Shown here: piece after piece, positions 1-12,234 of the stretch
Numbering within the stretch: the stretch's first letter is position 1
How the letters are laid out: each line of letters starts with the position of its first letter
Source of the DNA: Vicugna vicugna
Lineage: Eukaryota
Direction of reading: 5' to 3'
DNA length: 64,000 nt
NCBI GenBank assembly: GCA_013265495.1
Contig: MU058781.1
Location: 3,535,050-3,599,049, forward strand
Program-made: the position numbers and the translations under genes
The notes under the pieces: model-generated
Database searches by the model: none
What the model saw: the letters and a program-made list of their open reading frames with translations, nothing else
Told to the model about the DNA's origin: nothing

Positions 1-2083
1 CCATACTTGCTAGAAACTTCCCCCTCCCCTGGGCAAGGCACAGGGCGGAATACTAAACTCAACGGGATGCCTGACAGGGGCCGGGGTGGGGGTGGGGGTG
101 GCGGACAGGAGCAGGCAGGTCTCCTGCTTGTGTTTTGTTTCTGAGCCTGGGACTAGAATCACAAAGAAGCCCATCAAGTTTATGAGGAACAACTACGGGG
201 AACATTCAACAACACAGCCTTTGTGATGGCTGCGGGGCACAGCAGAGGCCTGGACGGACGGGGAAGGACAGATAGCTGACACCAGGCTTAGTCTGTGGGC
301 CCTGCTCACACCCTCCCAGACAAGCTTTTGACTGCCACGCTAAGCATGGAGCCACTGCATGTGACATGGCCTCGTGATGACTCTCCTCACTGCTGGCGTA
401 ATCAGAAAGGGGCAACAGATTCGAGAGCATTCAGTAGTGCGACACTGTAGGAGCCTGACTGAGCCAGCCGCCTGGGTGGCCCTCCCAAGAACTCCGGCAA
501 ATAGGGACTGCGTCTCGGGGAAGGAAAGGTCAGTAGGCCACCACCTGCTGCTGCTAACTGGTGTAGCTACTCGGATAAGGTCTTGGCTTCACCTCCAGGC
601 TATGATGAGACCACTGTGCCCATCACCTCTTTAAGCAGCAAGAAGGTCTTCACTCCTCTTGGGAGACATCCTGAAGCACTCCCCACCTGCCCACTTCTCT
701 ACCCGGGGAAGGGTGGGGCAGGGCAGGCTGGGGGGGCCTGCGGGCTGCAGACAAATACAGCTTTTCTTTCATTACCTTCCTATCCCCAAAAAGGAACTGA
801 AATGCAGGGCTCTGAGAGTTGATCAAAAAAACAACAACAAAGCTCCCCAGTGTTGTGGCCTCTGCCCTATAAACTTCTGGATTTGGACGGCCGGAAAAGT
901 GGGTGGCGGGGAGGGCAGGGGTCCTAAGGGAGTCAAGGCCTAGATCTGATCCGGGAGAGGGGTGGAGGCCTATGAGTAGAGGTGGCCTCAGGAAATCCCA
1001 GAGGTGGACATCTGCATATGTGCCCTCCACCCTGGCCAAAGACGATACAAATTAGAGATTATTGTTCACATTACAGTCACAAGGGGAAATTTTAAACAGC
1101 TAGTTTTCTGAGTCCTCTCAAGACATCATTGAGTTTCTTAAAAAAAACAAAACCAAAAAAAACTCAGCTGCAACAGCTCAGGTCCACTGCAGGTCTGAGT
1201 TCTAAATGCAGCTCTTCCATCAACTAGCTATGGGACCTCAGACGAGTCATCGCACTTCTCTCGGCCTCCCACTCCCCATCTGAGAGCTCTGAAGATGCTG
1301 TGTGAGGCAGGATGGGATCTTAGAGTCAGAAAACTGGAATTTTAGTCCTGGCTCTACCGCTCTGAAGCGGTGTGACCTTGGTCGTCACTTAACATCTTGG
1401 GGATGTAAAAATAAAGGAACTGAACATACTGATTGGGCTCTGAAGTCCCTTCAGATGAAAATAGATTTACCTTCTCCCCAGGGTACCCTTAGCAATACTG
1501 AATCCCCACCCCACAGCCACCAGAATAAAAGCAATGCAATCAGAAACCTATTTTATGACCACAGGTCAATTTCCACAGCTGCAGCTACCAGACACGATGA
1601 AGAGTTAAGAGAGTCTACAGGTAGAAACACAGCTCAAATCTGAGTCCCAAACAAATGAACTTTAAGAGCCCCATTCCCTGAGAAAAGCCATTTTCCTATG
1701 TTATACTCAGACCAGCAAGAGCAAAACCCAACCGTCTACAATAATCGGCCAACAGTGTTTCGAAACTTCCCAAATCTGCAGTTTGCTGCATCACCTACAA
1801 TCAGAATCAACCTACGAAGTTGGTTCTAAAAGAAGCTGAGTGACATTCCCATTTTGGAAGGGGAAGAAAAATCGACTCTTCTATGTGCAGCTCAACAAGG
1901 AACCTTCTGGCAGAACATCAAACGTGGAGTCCTGCTCAACGGGAAGGTGCCGACAGCGGCAGAGTGGAGCCCCACGCAGGTCACACTGAGCTCTAATCGC
2001 TGTTGCTCCACAGACCCCAACAGGGTTCCACCAGGAGTGCTTTCCTGCCCCGCACGGCACTGGAGAAACTCAAACCTGGGAGG

Positions 2084-2876
2084 CAGCGTGGTTTGGAGGC
2101 GAAGAAAGGTTTGGGATTCAAGTGATCCCACCTCTACTTAGTAGTTCTGTGGCTCTGGGCAAATTACTCTTCCTCTCAGTGTTCTCACGTGTGAAATGGA
2201 ACAACCCACTACTATGTAGTTGTTTTTATGGATTAAGTGAGATACTGTACTTAAAACACCCCGCACACAGTGGAAGGTCAGGACATGTGGGAATGTGGGG
2301 AGTATTTAGATGGATCCCCGCAGACAGAGCAGGGTCTGGGAGAAGATCATCTTCAGCTGGAGTCAACCAAGACTGCCCTTAGAGGCTAGAGGTACCTGCT
2401 ACCAGGTAGGCTGAGGAGCGTCCCCTGCCGTGCCTCTCCCATCGGGGGGAGAAGTCGTAAGGAAGCTGACAGTGGTACAGCGTGGTTTGGAGGCGAAGAA
2501 AGGTTTGGGATTCAAGTGATCCCACCTCTACTTAGTAGTTCTGTGGCTCTGGGCAAATTACTCTTCCTCTCAGCCTCCATGTTCTCACGTGTAAAATGGA
2601 ACAACCCACTACTATGGAGTTGTTTTTATGGATTAAGTGAGATACTGTACTTAAAACACCCCACACACAGTGGAAGGTCAGGACATGTGGGAATGTGGGG
2701 AGTATTTAGATGGATCCCCGCAGACAGAGCAGGGTCTGGGAGAAGATCATCTTCAGCTGGAGTCAACCAAGACTGCCCTTAGAGGCTAGAGGTACCTGCT
2801 ACCAGGTAGGCTGAGGAGCGTCCCCTGCCGTGCCTCTCCCATCGGGGGGAGAAGTCGTAAGGAAGCTGACAGTGGT
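2084..2876. repeat. Head-to-tail tandem duplication: copy 1 2084-2476 (393 bp), copy 2 2478-2876 (399 bp)
   Basis: The copies are identical except for 3 substitutions (gtg/gta, tgtag/tggag, ccg/cca) and a 6-bp indel (cctcca, present only in copy 2). A single extra A sits at the junction (2477). The first ~200 bp of each copy is MIR-like. Confidence 0.97.
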
Positions 2877-4477
2877 CCTGGACTCTCTCCAGAATAAACC
2901 TCAGAGCATTCAAACCTTCCAAGTAAGCACGGAGCATTCCCAAACCCTTGTGGGCACTGGGTAAGAGCCTGACTTACAATCTCTCTCAGAATTTGGAACA
3001 TCAGCAGAGGCCACCAGTGGCAAACACACGATGATGGCCACAAAGCAGGGAAGGAGGGACTAAGTGTGATGCCCCTAAAATGGAGACTCCATTACTCCAA
3101 GTCCCCAAAACACAATCAATAAGGCAGAAAGGGGCCGATCACTCCCAAGACTCCATCTAAGCCCAAATCCTTCTGATGGTACCCAGTCCCCTGTGGGGGA
3201 CTGTTAGGGATGCTGGGCCGGAACAAAGTCCTTCTGTAGAATGTTGCTGAAAGCTTGAGATTTCTGCTGTATCTTGTGGCTCCCAATCAAGTCTTTGCAA
3301 GTAGTAGGAAAGGGGCCAAGGGGGCACCAGGGAACCCATTTACTATAGTTTCTGTTTTTTCAAAAATGAACTATCTAGGTCTTGTCTTCCTCTTGTCCCT
3401 GCATCTACCTACTGCATGCATTTCAGTAGATAAAATTTGAGGACACTTACTAAAATATTTTTCATGCTTCTTTTAAAGAATATATATTCTTTCTCTATAC
3501 CCCAGCCTCAAGTGAGAATTTTTATTTTAGACACTAAATATTTATCACAGAGCTCAGAGATCTTTTAGGGGAAAAAAACTCCCAAGTATTTTAGTTAAGT
3601 ACAGAAACAGCAATATCCCTGCTTAGATTATAAATGACTTAGAAAAATGAGACCCACAGAGTCACTAGTTTCCTTTTTCTTCATCCTTTATCACAGCCTT
3701 TGGGCTAGCTAGGAAAATAAAAATTATTTCCACTCAATTTCCACAAAAGCTATTTATCTAGAAAGGAATTTAGGACAATCTGAACCAAAACAGTCCATGG
3801 CATGACCCTCTGCTCACACTGTTACTGGGAGACTTCCATTCTACGAAGTCTCTAGTTTTGAACTGATAGCTACAAAAGCTGGCACGCTGATCATGAACTT
3901 TGCCAACAGCACAGGGACCGTTAACGTACAATGGTGAGTTTCAGCTGACTAACCTCAGCACGTTGCAGCGAGGCCCCAGGAAGCAAGGTCGTTCTTTCTG
4001 GGAATGTAATCCTTACTCCTCTGTGCGAGAGAATCCCAACATCCCCGTGGTGTTGGGGCTTGACCACGCTGCACCCTCGTGCACCGACCTAGGGAGGAGG
4101 AGGGAGGCTGCAACCGACCAGACTGCTCAGTTTCAGATTTTGCTCTGAGAACCTGGGGGTGCCCTCTGGGCCCCTTAAATTCTCTTCCAGGCCTCCTGCC
4201 AGCCGTCTGAAAAGAAGCTTAAACCTCACTTGTGTGCCAAAGACAACAGTTGGATTTCTGTGACTGTAAACACACACTGTGTAGATTTATAAGTAACAGT
4301 CTCCACACTGACCTTGACAAATGTCCTATGGGGGAGAGGAGGGGTGAAGGATTAAGAAAAGAGAACAAAAATGTAATTTCCCATTTTCAAAATGTATTTG
4401 ACTTGGGCTTTCTTTTTGGTTTGAATTTTTAAGAGCGATTTTTAGTAACACTGGTGATAGTGAGCATTTATCAACCC

Positions 4478-4535
4478 GTGTGTGTGTGTGTGTGTGTGAG
4501 TGAGTGAGAGAGAGTGTGTGTGTGTGTGTGTGTGT
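4478..4535. repeat. Compound (GT)n/(GA)n/(GT)n microsatellite
   Basis: gtgtgt...gagtgagtgagagagagtgtgt... read directly. Confidence 0.95.
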
Positions 4536-4810
4536 CCAGTGATTCCCTTCCGCACTGCCTGATCCAAGCCTACAGTTACAAGCAGAGGGTGACAAGACAA
4601 GAGAGACAGGAGACCAAGGGGAGGAAGATTTTTTTTTCCTACATTAGGCTTTTCAAGCCTACGTGAAGTATACACATCAGAGGGCTTTGAAACCCTATTT
4701 AGAAACACTGAAAATGATATTCCTTGCTGGCCTTTTAATACCTATTCAAAATTTTTCAGGTGTGTGATTCATGAAAGCAAAGGTCAAAGCTAAGGAAAAG
4801 AGCCTTGACT

Positions 4811-4824
4811 TTTATTTATTTATT
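4811..4824 (-). terminator. Candidate polyadenylation signal (three overlapping AATAAA)
   Basis: Plus-strand tttatttatttatt is AATAAATAAATAAA on the gene strand. It is followed at lower coordinates by a U-rich stretch (CUUUUCCUUAGCUUUGACCUUUGCUUUC) resembling a downstream element. Confidence 0.45.
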
Positions 4825-5941
4825 TACTTTTTCAGGGAAGAGGATTATATCTGAGTAGACCTGAAGATTTCCCTTTTTCAATCCACAAAGCTGGGGAATC
4901 TCCGAAGAGCCCTTCCCCAGTTTCCTAGGAGAGCCTGGGCCTGGGCCGGCTCATTCTCTGCTGCTGGGGAACCGTCACTGCCACCCAGGTGCGCACAGCT
5001 GCCCCCAGTCCTGGAGACCCGCACAGAGCGGGCCCTCAAACCCCAAGCTCCTGCTGTCTCCTTGGCCCCATCAAAGGACAGCCTCCCCACCCCAGTACCC
5101 AGCCCCTCTTACCCTCCACCCCATCCCACGGGAAATAGTTCCACGGTGGCTCCTCATGGGCTTTTCACTGCTGACAAATCCAAAGGGACATTTTCTTCTC
5201 TGCCTCATCTGTCTGGGTGCAGGGTGTATCCTTGCTCTCTCCTTTGGGTTCAAGGGAACCCCTCCCACTTCTTGTGGTTCCTGGCACTCCCACACCCCAC
5301 CTCAGGTCAGGAGAAGGGCAAAAAGTCAGTGAGGAAGGCACACCCTCCTGTGTCCTGGGAGGAAGACCAATCAATCAAGAAAGCTACACACTCTGCTACC
5401 AAGTACTTTCTCCTTCAGACACTAAGTGGCTTCCTGGAATCTGAACTTTCTCATTAGCCGCTGCGCTCCCGCCTCTCCCCAGACCCACAGGCTTGCGTGG
5501 ACATGTGAAGATGTGCCTTCTCCTGCCAACTGAGCTGCCACTGGATACAGGGCCTTGACCTCGCAGGAGCATTTGGCTTGCAAAGGAGGCCAAGATGTCG
5601 GGGAGGGACGAGGTGCGGAGGACCGCAACCCCGCCCCGCCCCGCCCCACAGTGAAGGGCAGCAGAGGCAGCTGAACCTCCTCCCCCTACGCAGGCGCCAG
5701 CAGGGACGACCTCGGAGCAAGCCCTCTGCATACCCCCAGGTACGAGCTCAGCCCTGCAACAGTCTTGTTTGGGGGGGCCCTCACCTGGGCAGGGGCTCCG
5801 CCTCCCAGATGCCACTTTCTCACACCACCTTTCCCCTTCCCCGCCCCCACACTCCTCGAGGCCGCCTGTCCCCCTGGCCTTTCCCACTCTCCCGGCCCCA
5901 CGGGGGACCTAACCAAAGTCGCGCTGGGTCCCCGTTCCTTG

Positions 5942-6861
5942 CTAGCAATACAGGGACATCCTGCTCCGGCGCATGGCCTCGCTGATCAGGTAGGCGGGGC
6001 TCAGCTCGGGTTCCTCCGTCATGACAGCTATGTTCTGCCACTCGCCCGTCTGGCTGGACCTCTTGATGGTGTCCACCACGCACAGGGCGTACAGGCAGTC
6101 GTCGAAGGTGGCGGCCATGGTGAGCGGCCGCCCGTCCCACGTGCGCCGGTCGTCCTGGTCCTGGAAGGCCTGGCGCACCGCCTGCATCATCTTGATGGTG
6201 CCACGCAGGTAGGGCGAGGGGATGTCGCTGAAGGCCTTCTCCGGCAGCAGGGAGTTGCTGACGGGCGTGGCGTCCTGCACCAGCAGCTCCTGCTCCGGGG
6301 CGCTGTTGCGCTGCCCATACAGGTCCGTGCCCACCGCCAGCAGGCGCCCGGCCGAGCCCACCACGGTCACGTCCTGCTTGAACTCGCCGGGCACGTTGAA
6401 GTTTAGCGTGACGGTGCAGCACACCCCGCCCTCCAGCACCATCTGGAAGGTGCAGAAGTCGTCGCTGGTGATCTGGCGGATGCCCTTGATGTGGTCGGTC
6501 TGCTTCACGAAGGTCTTGAGCAGCCCGTGGACCTTGACGGCCTTCTGGCCGGTGAGGAAGGTGAGCAGGTCGATGATGTAGGTGCCCACCGAGTGCAGGC
6601 CGCCGCCGCCCATCAGGTCATCGCAGCTCCAGTTGTACTTCTTGCCCAGCAGGCTGCCGCCGTGCACCTGCACCTCGCACACCAGCAGCTCGCCCACGTA
6701 GCCCTCCTGGATGAGCTGCTTCATGCGCACGAAGGCCGGCAGGAAGCGCAGCACGTTGCCCATGATGCTCATGAGCTTGGGGTAGTAGTGGGCGGCCGAC
6801 ATCATGCGGAAGGCGTCCAGCGGCGTGGCCGTGCGGTCGCAGATGACGTTCTTGCCGATGC
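5942..6861 (-). CDS. GFOD1: Terminal coding exon of glucose-fructose oxidoreductase domain-containing protein 1 (Gfo/Idh/MocA family). Encodes (G)[28 protein letters not shown]...[12 protein letters not shown]
   Basis: The 287-aa ORF 5942..6805 extends upstream in frame to an AG acceptor. The exon CDS is 920 nt: 2 nt plus 306 codons including TAG. The translation matches my recollection of mammalian GFOD1 ([28 protein letters not shown]-terminal RRSRMSLYC) rather than GFOD2 (CEKAATSVDAF). Third codon positions are strongly GC-biased. Confidence 0.97.
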
Positions 6862-6892
6862 CTGCGGGCGGGAGGACAAACAGTACATCAGG
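6862..6892 (-). promoter_or_regulatory. GFOD1: 3' splice site of the GFOD1 terminal exon (branch point, polypyrimidine tract, AG)
   Basis: The minus strand reads ccctgAtgtactgtttgtcctcccgcccgcag|GCATCGGCAAG. The AG is at 6863-6862, and a yUnAy-like branch A lies at 6888, about 27 nt upstream. The junction is phase 1 (G|GC, Gly). Confidence 0.9.
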
Positions 6893-6984
6893 GCCCTGGC
6901 GCCGAGACAGCGACAGGGGGCGCTGTGGCCCCTGGATGGGAACTTACGCACGGACCCAGACCAGACTAGGTACCCTTATTACAA

Positions 6985-7400
6985 TTTAGAAACATTTAAT
7001 AACTTTTATTTATACAAAAATAACACTTGAGTCCAATTATTTAATTTTAGTATTAAACCATCGGCATTGATTTCAATATTGATTTATTTTCATACATTTA
7101 GTCTATATATTTTAGAAATATTTTAAAATGTGTACCAATATCAAATGCTTCGTTTTAATGTTTTATTTATATTAACCTATAACATTTTATATACAAATGT
7201 ATTTTACTTGTAAAAATATATTCAAATATAAATTTTAAAATATATTTAAAATATTTATAAAGAGTTCTATCAAAGTACACAATATAGCTTTTCACATATA
7301 ATATAAAATATATTTTATTAAAAGTTATCTTACACAGGAAATGTTTGACATGTTTTATTTTATATGTAAGATATAACTTTTATTAAAAAGACCATATGTA
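6985..7400. repeat. Very AT-rich low-complexity block
   Basis: Runs such as aaatataaattttaaaatatatttaaaatatttataa, with an abrupt composition change from the GC-rich exon. Confidence 0.8.
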
Positions 7401-9254
7401 GAGAATAGTGTCTTTATCTGGACAGAACCAGAAGACATAAGCTGAAATCGTGGCCAAGGAGAGTCTGATTAAGTATGAGGAAGAATGTCTTCATATCCTT
7501 CAAAGGTCTAAGCGTTTAGCCATCTTCCCCATAACCATCAACAAAGGATTGTTTTTGAGTGTTTTCTTGCTTGTCTGTTTCGCGTTATGGATTAGGGCTG
7601 GCAGTGGTCACAGATGTGTGTGTCTGATGTTCTCCTGCTCCTTAGGCGAAGAGCAGATATTCCTTACACCTGAGGGGTGGGCAGTGGCCCGACCCTCACC
7701 TGTCCTCAAGGTGGAGTTTGGTTCCTTTGGCAACGGAGCTGAGGCCAAATAAGAATTCGGCTTATGTGCTGACTGTACTGGGTGCACACATTACAGGTAG
7801 ATGGAAACCCTGTCAGAGACTGAGTAGTTCTGGGTCAGGAGACAACAAAGCTGAAGGAAGGAGGGTGGCAGAGAATGAGAAAAGGATTTATTCCAAGGTA
7901 AAGCCAAGAGTCAGGGAAGAAAAACAACTCAGCTGAACCTGGAGAAACAGCCAAGTGGAACTCAAAAATATAAAAAAAAGTCTCTACTGTCTGGTCACGT
8001 TCTGCACGTAGGCCCTCTTATGAAGAGCTGAGCGCTCGGCCACAGACGAGGGACATGCCACAGGGGAGATGGGGTGATGAGACATGCGCCCATCCCAGCT
8101 ATCCTGACCATGGATGGGCACTCGACTTGTCAAAACCCATGAACACTCCCAGTAAGCTGAGCTCAGAGGGTTTGGTGGAAGTCCTGCACCTGTGGGTGGC
8201 CATCCAGTGGAGATGCCTAGACAAGGCTACGGACACGTGGCATTATCATTTCCCCTCTGGAGAGCTAACCAGAGCTGGCTGAGCAATAGAAGTGGTCAGC
8301 ACAGACTGGAGAAAATAAATACAGTCAATGGCTGTCAGTTTCCATGGGCACATCTAATTCTGGCCCCAGTGAAAGGCCTGGAGCCCACACAATGACCACA
8401 TCTCCTGGCCTCTTCTACACTGGCAGAGCTGGGCTGGCTTTCCTGATAACCATGAGTGAGCAGTAAGAGCACCTTTAACTCTGAGCAGCCAAGTGAAGGG
8501 ATGGGGAAACACTGGTGTGTTAAACCGAATGTGCTGGGCACCCATGTAACTATGTGCTGAGAATATGGCCCTATCGGCATGAGGTTCATGTAGCATGGGC
8601 TCATGTTGGCAGGAGCAGATTTATATGTAAACAGATTGGCCGGTCATTGTAGGTACAGGTGACAAATACTGCCAAAACCTGCCTCCCACCCGATGGATGT
8701 AGGCTGTGACCCTCTTATATCTAATTCATAGTCTGCAAAACCAGTACCCAACTGCTATCTTCGTAATACTCTACTGGTCATGTTCATGACACATGAAAAA
8801 AGAAGTTTATCTTTTTCTCTTATAAACACTGTAAGATAAAATAGTAAGAGAAAAAAATAGAGAAAAACAGTTCTCTCCCACTCGGTATACCCAAAACAAT
8901 CATCGCAGGGGTAATTCTTTGAAGCGCTGTAGATGAAAAGATACTGATGAAAGCTCGACTCCCTTTACAGAAAAACACAGCGTGGCTTCTTCCCCCAAGA
9001 TTCTAAGACACAGGCATCTCTTCCTCCGGGCTATTTAAGTATGTTATGGTTCCAAGAATAAAGGCTGGGCTGTTTAATTTCTTAAGTCTCCACCATTCCT
9101 GCAGCACCTAGAGGCGTGCCCTGAGTGTGCAGGAACCCCGTGCGCCTCACTGCCTGGTTGCACCACTCCACCCGCAGTCCTTTGCAATGTCCACACTTTA
9201 CAGACGGGTCTTGACAACATATTAACACACAGTATCTTCAAAAGTCAAAAGAGA

Positions 9255-9690
9255 CTTCTAGGAATCTCTCATACAGAAATCATCTAAAATGTAAGCACGG
9301 CTTACCCAAAGATGCCTCCCAGTGCATTATTTATTAAAGCAAAAAGCTGGAAGTATTGCAAATGCCCAACCATAGAATGGGTAAGTAGGCTGTAGCCCAG
9401 CCGTATAATGGAATATTATACAGCCACTGAAAATGATGCTTATAAAACCTTTTTAATGGCAAGCAAGATGAACATGAGGTCATGTTAAGTGAAAAGGGCT
9501 CTATTCATAGACATACTATGATCTCAGCTCTCTCTTAAGAAGACAAAAGAAGAAGAAAAAAACCCGAAAGGGAACAGCTCAAAATGTTTACAGTAGTTAA
9601 TTAATAGGATTAGGACTCATTTTTCTTTTCTTCACTACCTTTTTCCAGATTTTCTAAGTGTCTATCTACTTTTATGGTCAGCAAAACATG
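9255..9690 (+). mobile_element. Old L1 (L1ME-like) 3' region remnant
   Basis: Degenerate L1 3' motifs: gcaaaaagctggaa...aaatgcccaaccatagaatgggtaagta...aatggaatattatacagccactgaaaat. Confidence 0.65.
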
Positions 9691-12234
9691 ACTTTTTCTC
9701 TCAAGCTCAAAGGAGACATGAAGAGCTCATGTGATGGCAGAAGGGCCCTCCAAAGCCTGGGGAAGGCAAGTCCTGGCCCAGCTCCTGCCCACCCTGAACT
9801 TGTGACGCTTCGAAGGCTCAGGCTACATTGCTACGTCTTTCTGCTCCAGCTCCTCAAGGCATCTTCATGATTCTGGTGAAGGCTAGGGACCATCTCCAGA
9901 AGATGCTATTCACACATACACACAACACTTTACCCACATCCTAAGCCAGTGCACCATTCCCTCATGGTCTGAGGAATGGGCATCTCCATGGTACATGCTC
10001 CTGGAAGCCCGTATAATATATTGTCAAAAATAATATAATGCTTCCAGCTTCAAAGGAACCCAAAATGCAGAGCTAGCAGGCCCTTCACAGATGTATAAGG
10101 CAGAGTCTGTCTTCTCCTTGCTCTACACAGATTTCCCTCAAACCTCACCTCTGTGGGGCTTCTGCAAAGCCCACTCTGGGAGCCACCCCTCCCCCACCTC
10201 CCTGCTAAGATCCTTCGGTTCTCTCGCTCAGCTTTTCCACCCAAATCTGCCCTTCTGAAATACCCAGAACCCGAAACTCCAGGGTTCTTAACAGCGTGAC
10301 AAGAATCAAGGGCTTAGGCTAAAGGAATACAATTCTAATTGTGGACTTGCGGTCATCAGATAGCATGTGAGTGTGCATGCATGTGTGTGTAGGTGCATCA
10401 GTGTGGCACAGAGCACCCCCTCACCTCTAAAATCACGGGGACATGCATTGTCTGCACAGAGGGCTGACACAGCCCACAGTCGGGGGCATCACATGCCATT
10501 GAATATATGCAAGGATTTTTCCCAAAGAAATCAGTCAGCTTCCAAATCGCCCCGTCAGCCCAGCCTTTGGGACTGGTTCTCCAGGAATACCACAGGGCTT
10601 TGGTGTCTTCATGACTTTCCTATGGCCTCTCACCACGCCTTTCTCGCCATGCCCAGAGAAAGTACTGGAATGGGTTCTTTAGAGAAAAGCTCTCTCTCTC
10701 CATTTTGTGCTGGAAAGGAAATAATAGGGGCACCCCCCCCACACACACACACGCCCATGGCTCTGAGATTCCTTTGATATGAAGGTAAGTAGACTCTACC
10801 AGGGAGATAGAGACGGGAGAGGCCAGGGAGAGGTGCAGCCGTGGCGGACTCCTAACGGGGGAAATCACCACCCTCGTCTCCGCTCTGGAAACCCTAGGAG
10901 GACAGCCTGTACACTCGCATCGCTGGGTGCACAACCTTACCAAAAGGACAGCAGGGCTGTCTCTATTGCCCTGCATCCATCCATCTCTCAGAGAGCAGCA
11001 CGGCACACGCTCCCTTGAGGTTTGGGGTTCATATTCTCTTGGGGTCAGATGCATTCTCCTCCTAAGGCAAAAGATCCCACACTTTAGGGCCTCAATCATA
11101 GAGAAAATCATATGGCAGAGAATCAAGCAAAGGGACCTGAAACATATGGACTTGCTTTCACTTCCAATAAACAGGCAGTGTGAAATGGACTCACTGAGTG
11201 CCTGAGAAAAATGCCTTGTGTGTTCTGCCAGAGCCCAGACATTTCCCCAGCAGTTGGCGTTTCAGCAAAGCGAGAGCTCCCTCTCCGTAAGAGGGTGGGG
11301 TCAATGCCTTCTCCCCCATGTCACGGAGCTGAGGTTGGGGAGAAAATGAGATTGATGGGAAATTTCTGGAAGGGAAAGTGCCACGTGCAAAGCAGTGGGC
11401 CTGTTCTTTGTCGGAAGCTTTTGCATTAAATCATTTCAGAAGGAAGTTTACCTCCCTCCTGAGACCCCTCATGGGGAAATGCAGACCTGGCCTCCTCCAG
11501 TGCCTGCTGAGCGTGTGCTCTGTAAAGGAGCCCAAATCTCCAAGGCCCTTGGAGGCGTCAGTGCCGTCAGGACTCAGGGAAGGAGTTTCTAAGCAACAGA
11601 CCCTAAAGTCTGTTCAGGGAGCTATACCCCTCAGGGTCTGCAAGCTCAGGGTCTCCAAGCTATGGCTGAGAACCCACCCAGATCTCTTTCCAGGGACCAG
11701 AGCTTTTATAGGGGCTGATACTCCACCCCGGGGGCCCCCCAGGAGCAGGAAAGGAATGGCCCATTAACACCTCCAGAGAAAGACACCTGCCCTCTGCTGT
11801 CCCATAGAGCATTGGTCCTCTCCGGCCCTTGATCAGGTAGGTTATCCCTGGGTACCTGGAGGATGGCTGCTGCCCCGCCACCAAAATCCTTCCCCAGCAT
11901 CATCAGCCTGGAACTTCAAAGCCCTCTCTGCCAGCACACTTCCAATGACACACACCCTTATCTAATCGATGGTGGTGATCTATGAGGCCAGGGCGACTTT
12001 CCCACCTGTTCTCCCTGATTATTCCACTTGTGTTGACAGCCCCTTATCTCCTGAAAGCCAAAAAGGATGCTGGTTCTCTAGGCTGGCTTGCAGTGGTCCG
12101 GGCAGGTTGGCGGAGCCCCCACAGGAGGTCCCATCAGATACGGCTTCCTAGTTTTCCCTCCCATTCACACAGTGTAGAGAAGGCTTTCTCTGCATTTCAA
12201 CCAGGAAACTCGTTCTCTTCCTTCACACTCCATT

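Larger units (their letters stand above)
1..5941 (-). other. GFOD1: GFOD1 3' UTR / downstream region (true 3' end not determinable from sequence)
   Basis: Lies immediately 3' of the TAG at 5942-5944. Candidate poly(A) signals on the minus strand are at 4811-4824, 4734-4739 and 3521-3526. Confidence 0.55.
5870..6950. other. CpG-rich, GC-rich exonic island
   Basis: CG dinucleotides are dense across the coding exon compared with the CpG-poor flanks (visual estimate, not computed). Confidence 0.7.

Noticed and set aside
2122..2782. Two nearly identical ORFs (86 and 88 aa, MIPPLLSSSV...) that look like a paralog pair
   Set aside because: They arise from the tandem duplication of MIR-derived sequence, start at GTG and have no coding features.
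5905..5944. Stop-codon readthrough of GFOD1 (TAG CAA...)
   Set aside because: The context TAG CAA GGA matches neither the CARYYA nor the TGA-CTAG motif, and an in-frame TAG follows after about 10 codons.
5765..7030. Plus-strand ORFs of 213 aa (5765-6406), 119 aa and 179 aa (6491-7030), and the 200-aa alternate-frame minus ORF (5820-6422)
   Set aside because: These are shadow ORFs expected from the extreme GC3 bias of the GFOD1 exon. They show no recognisable domain and have low-complexity composition.
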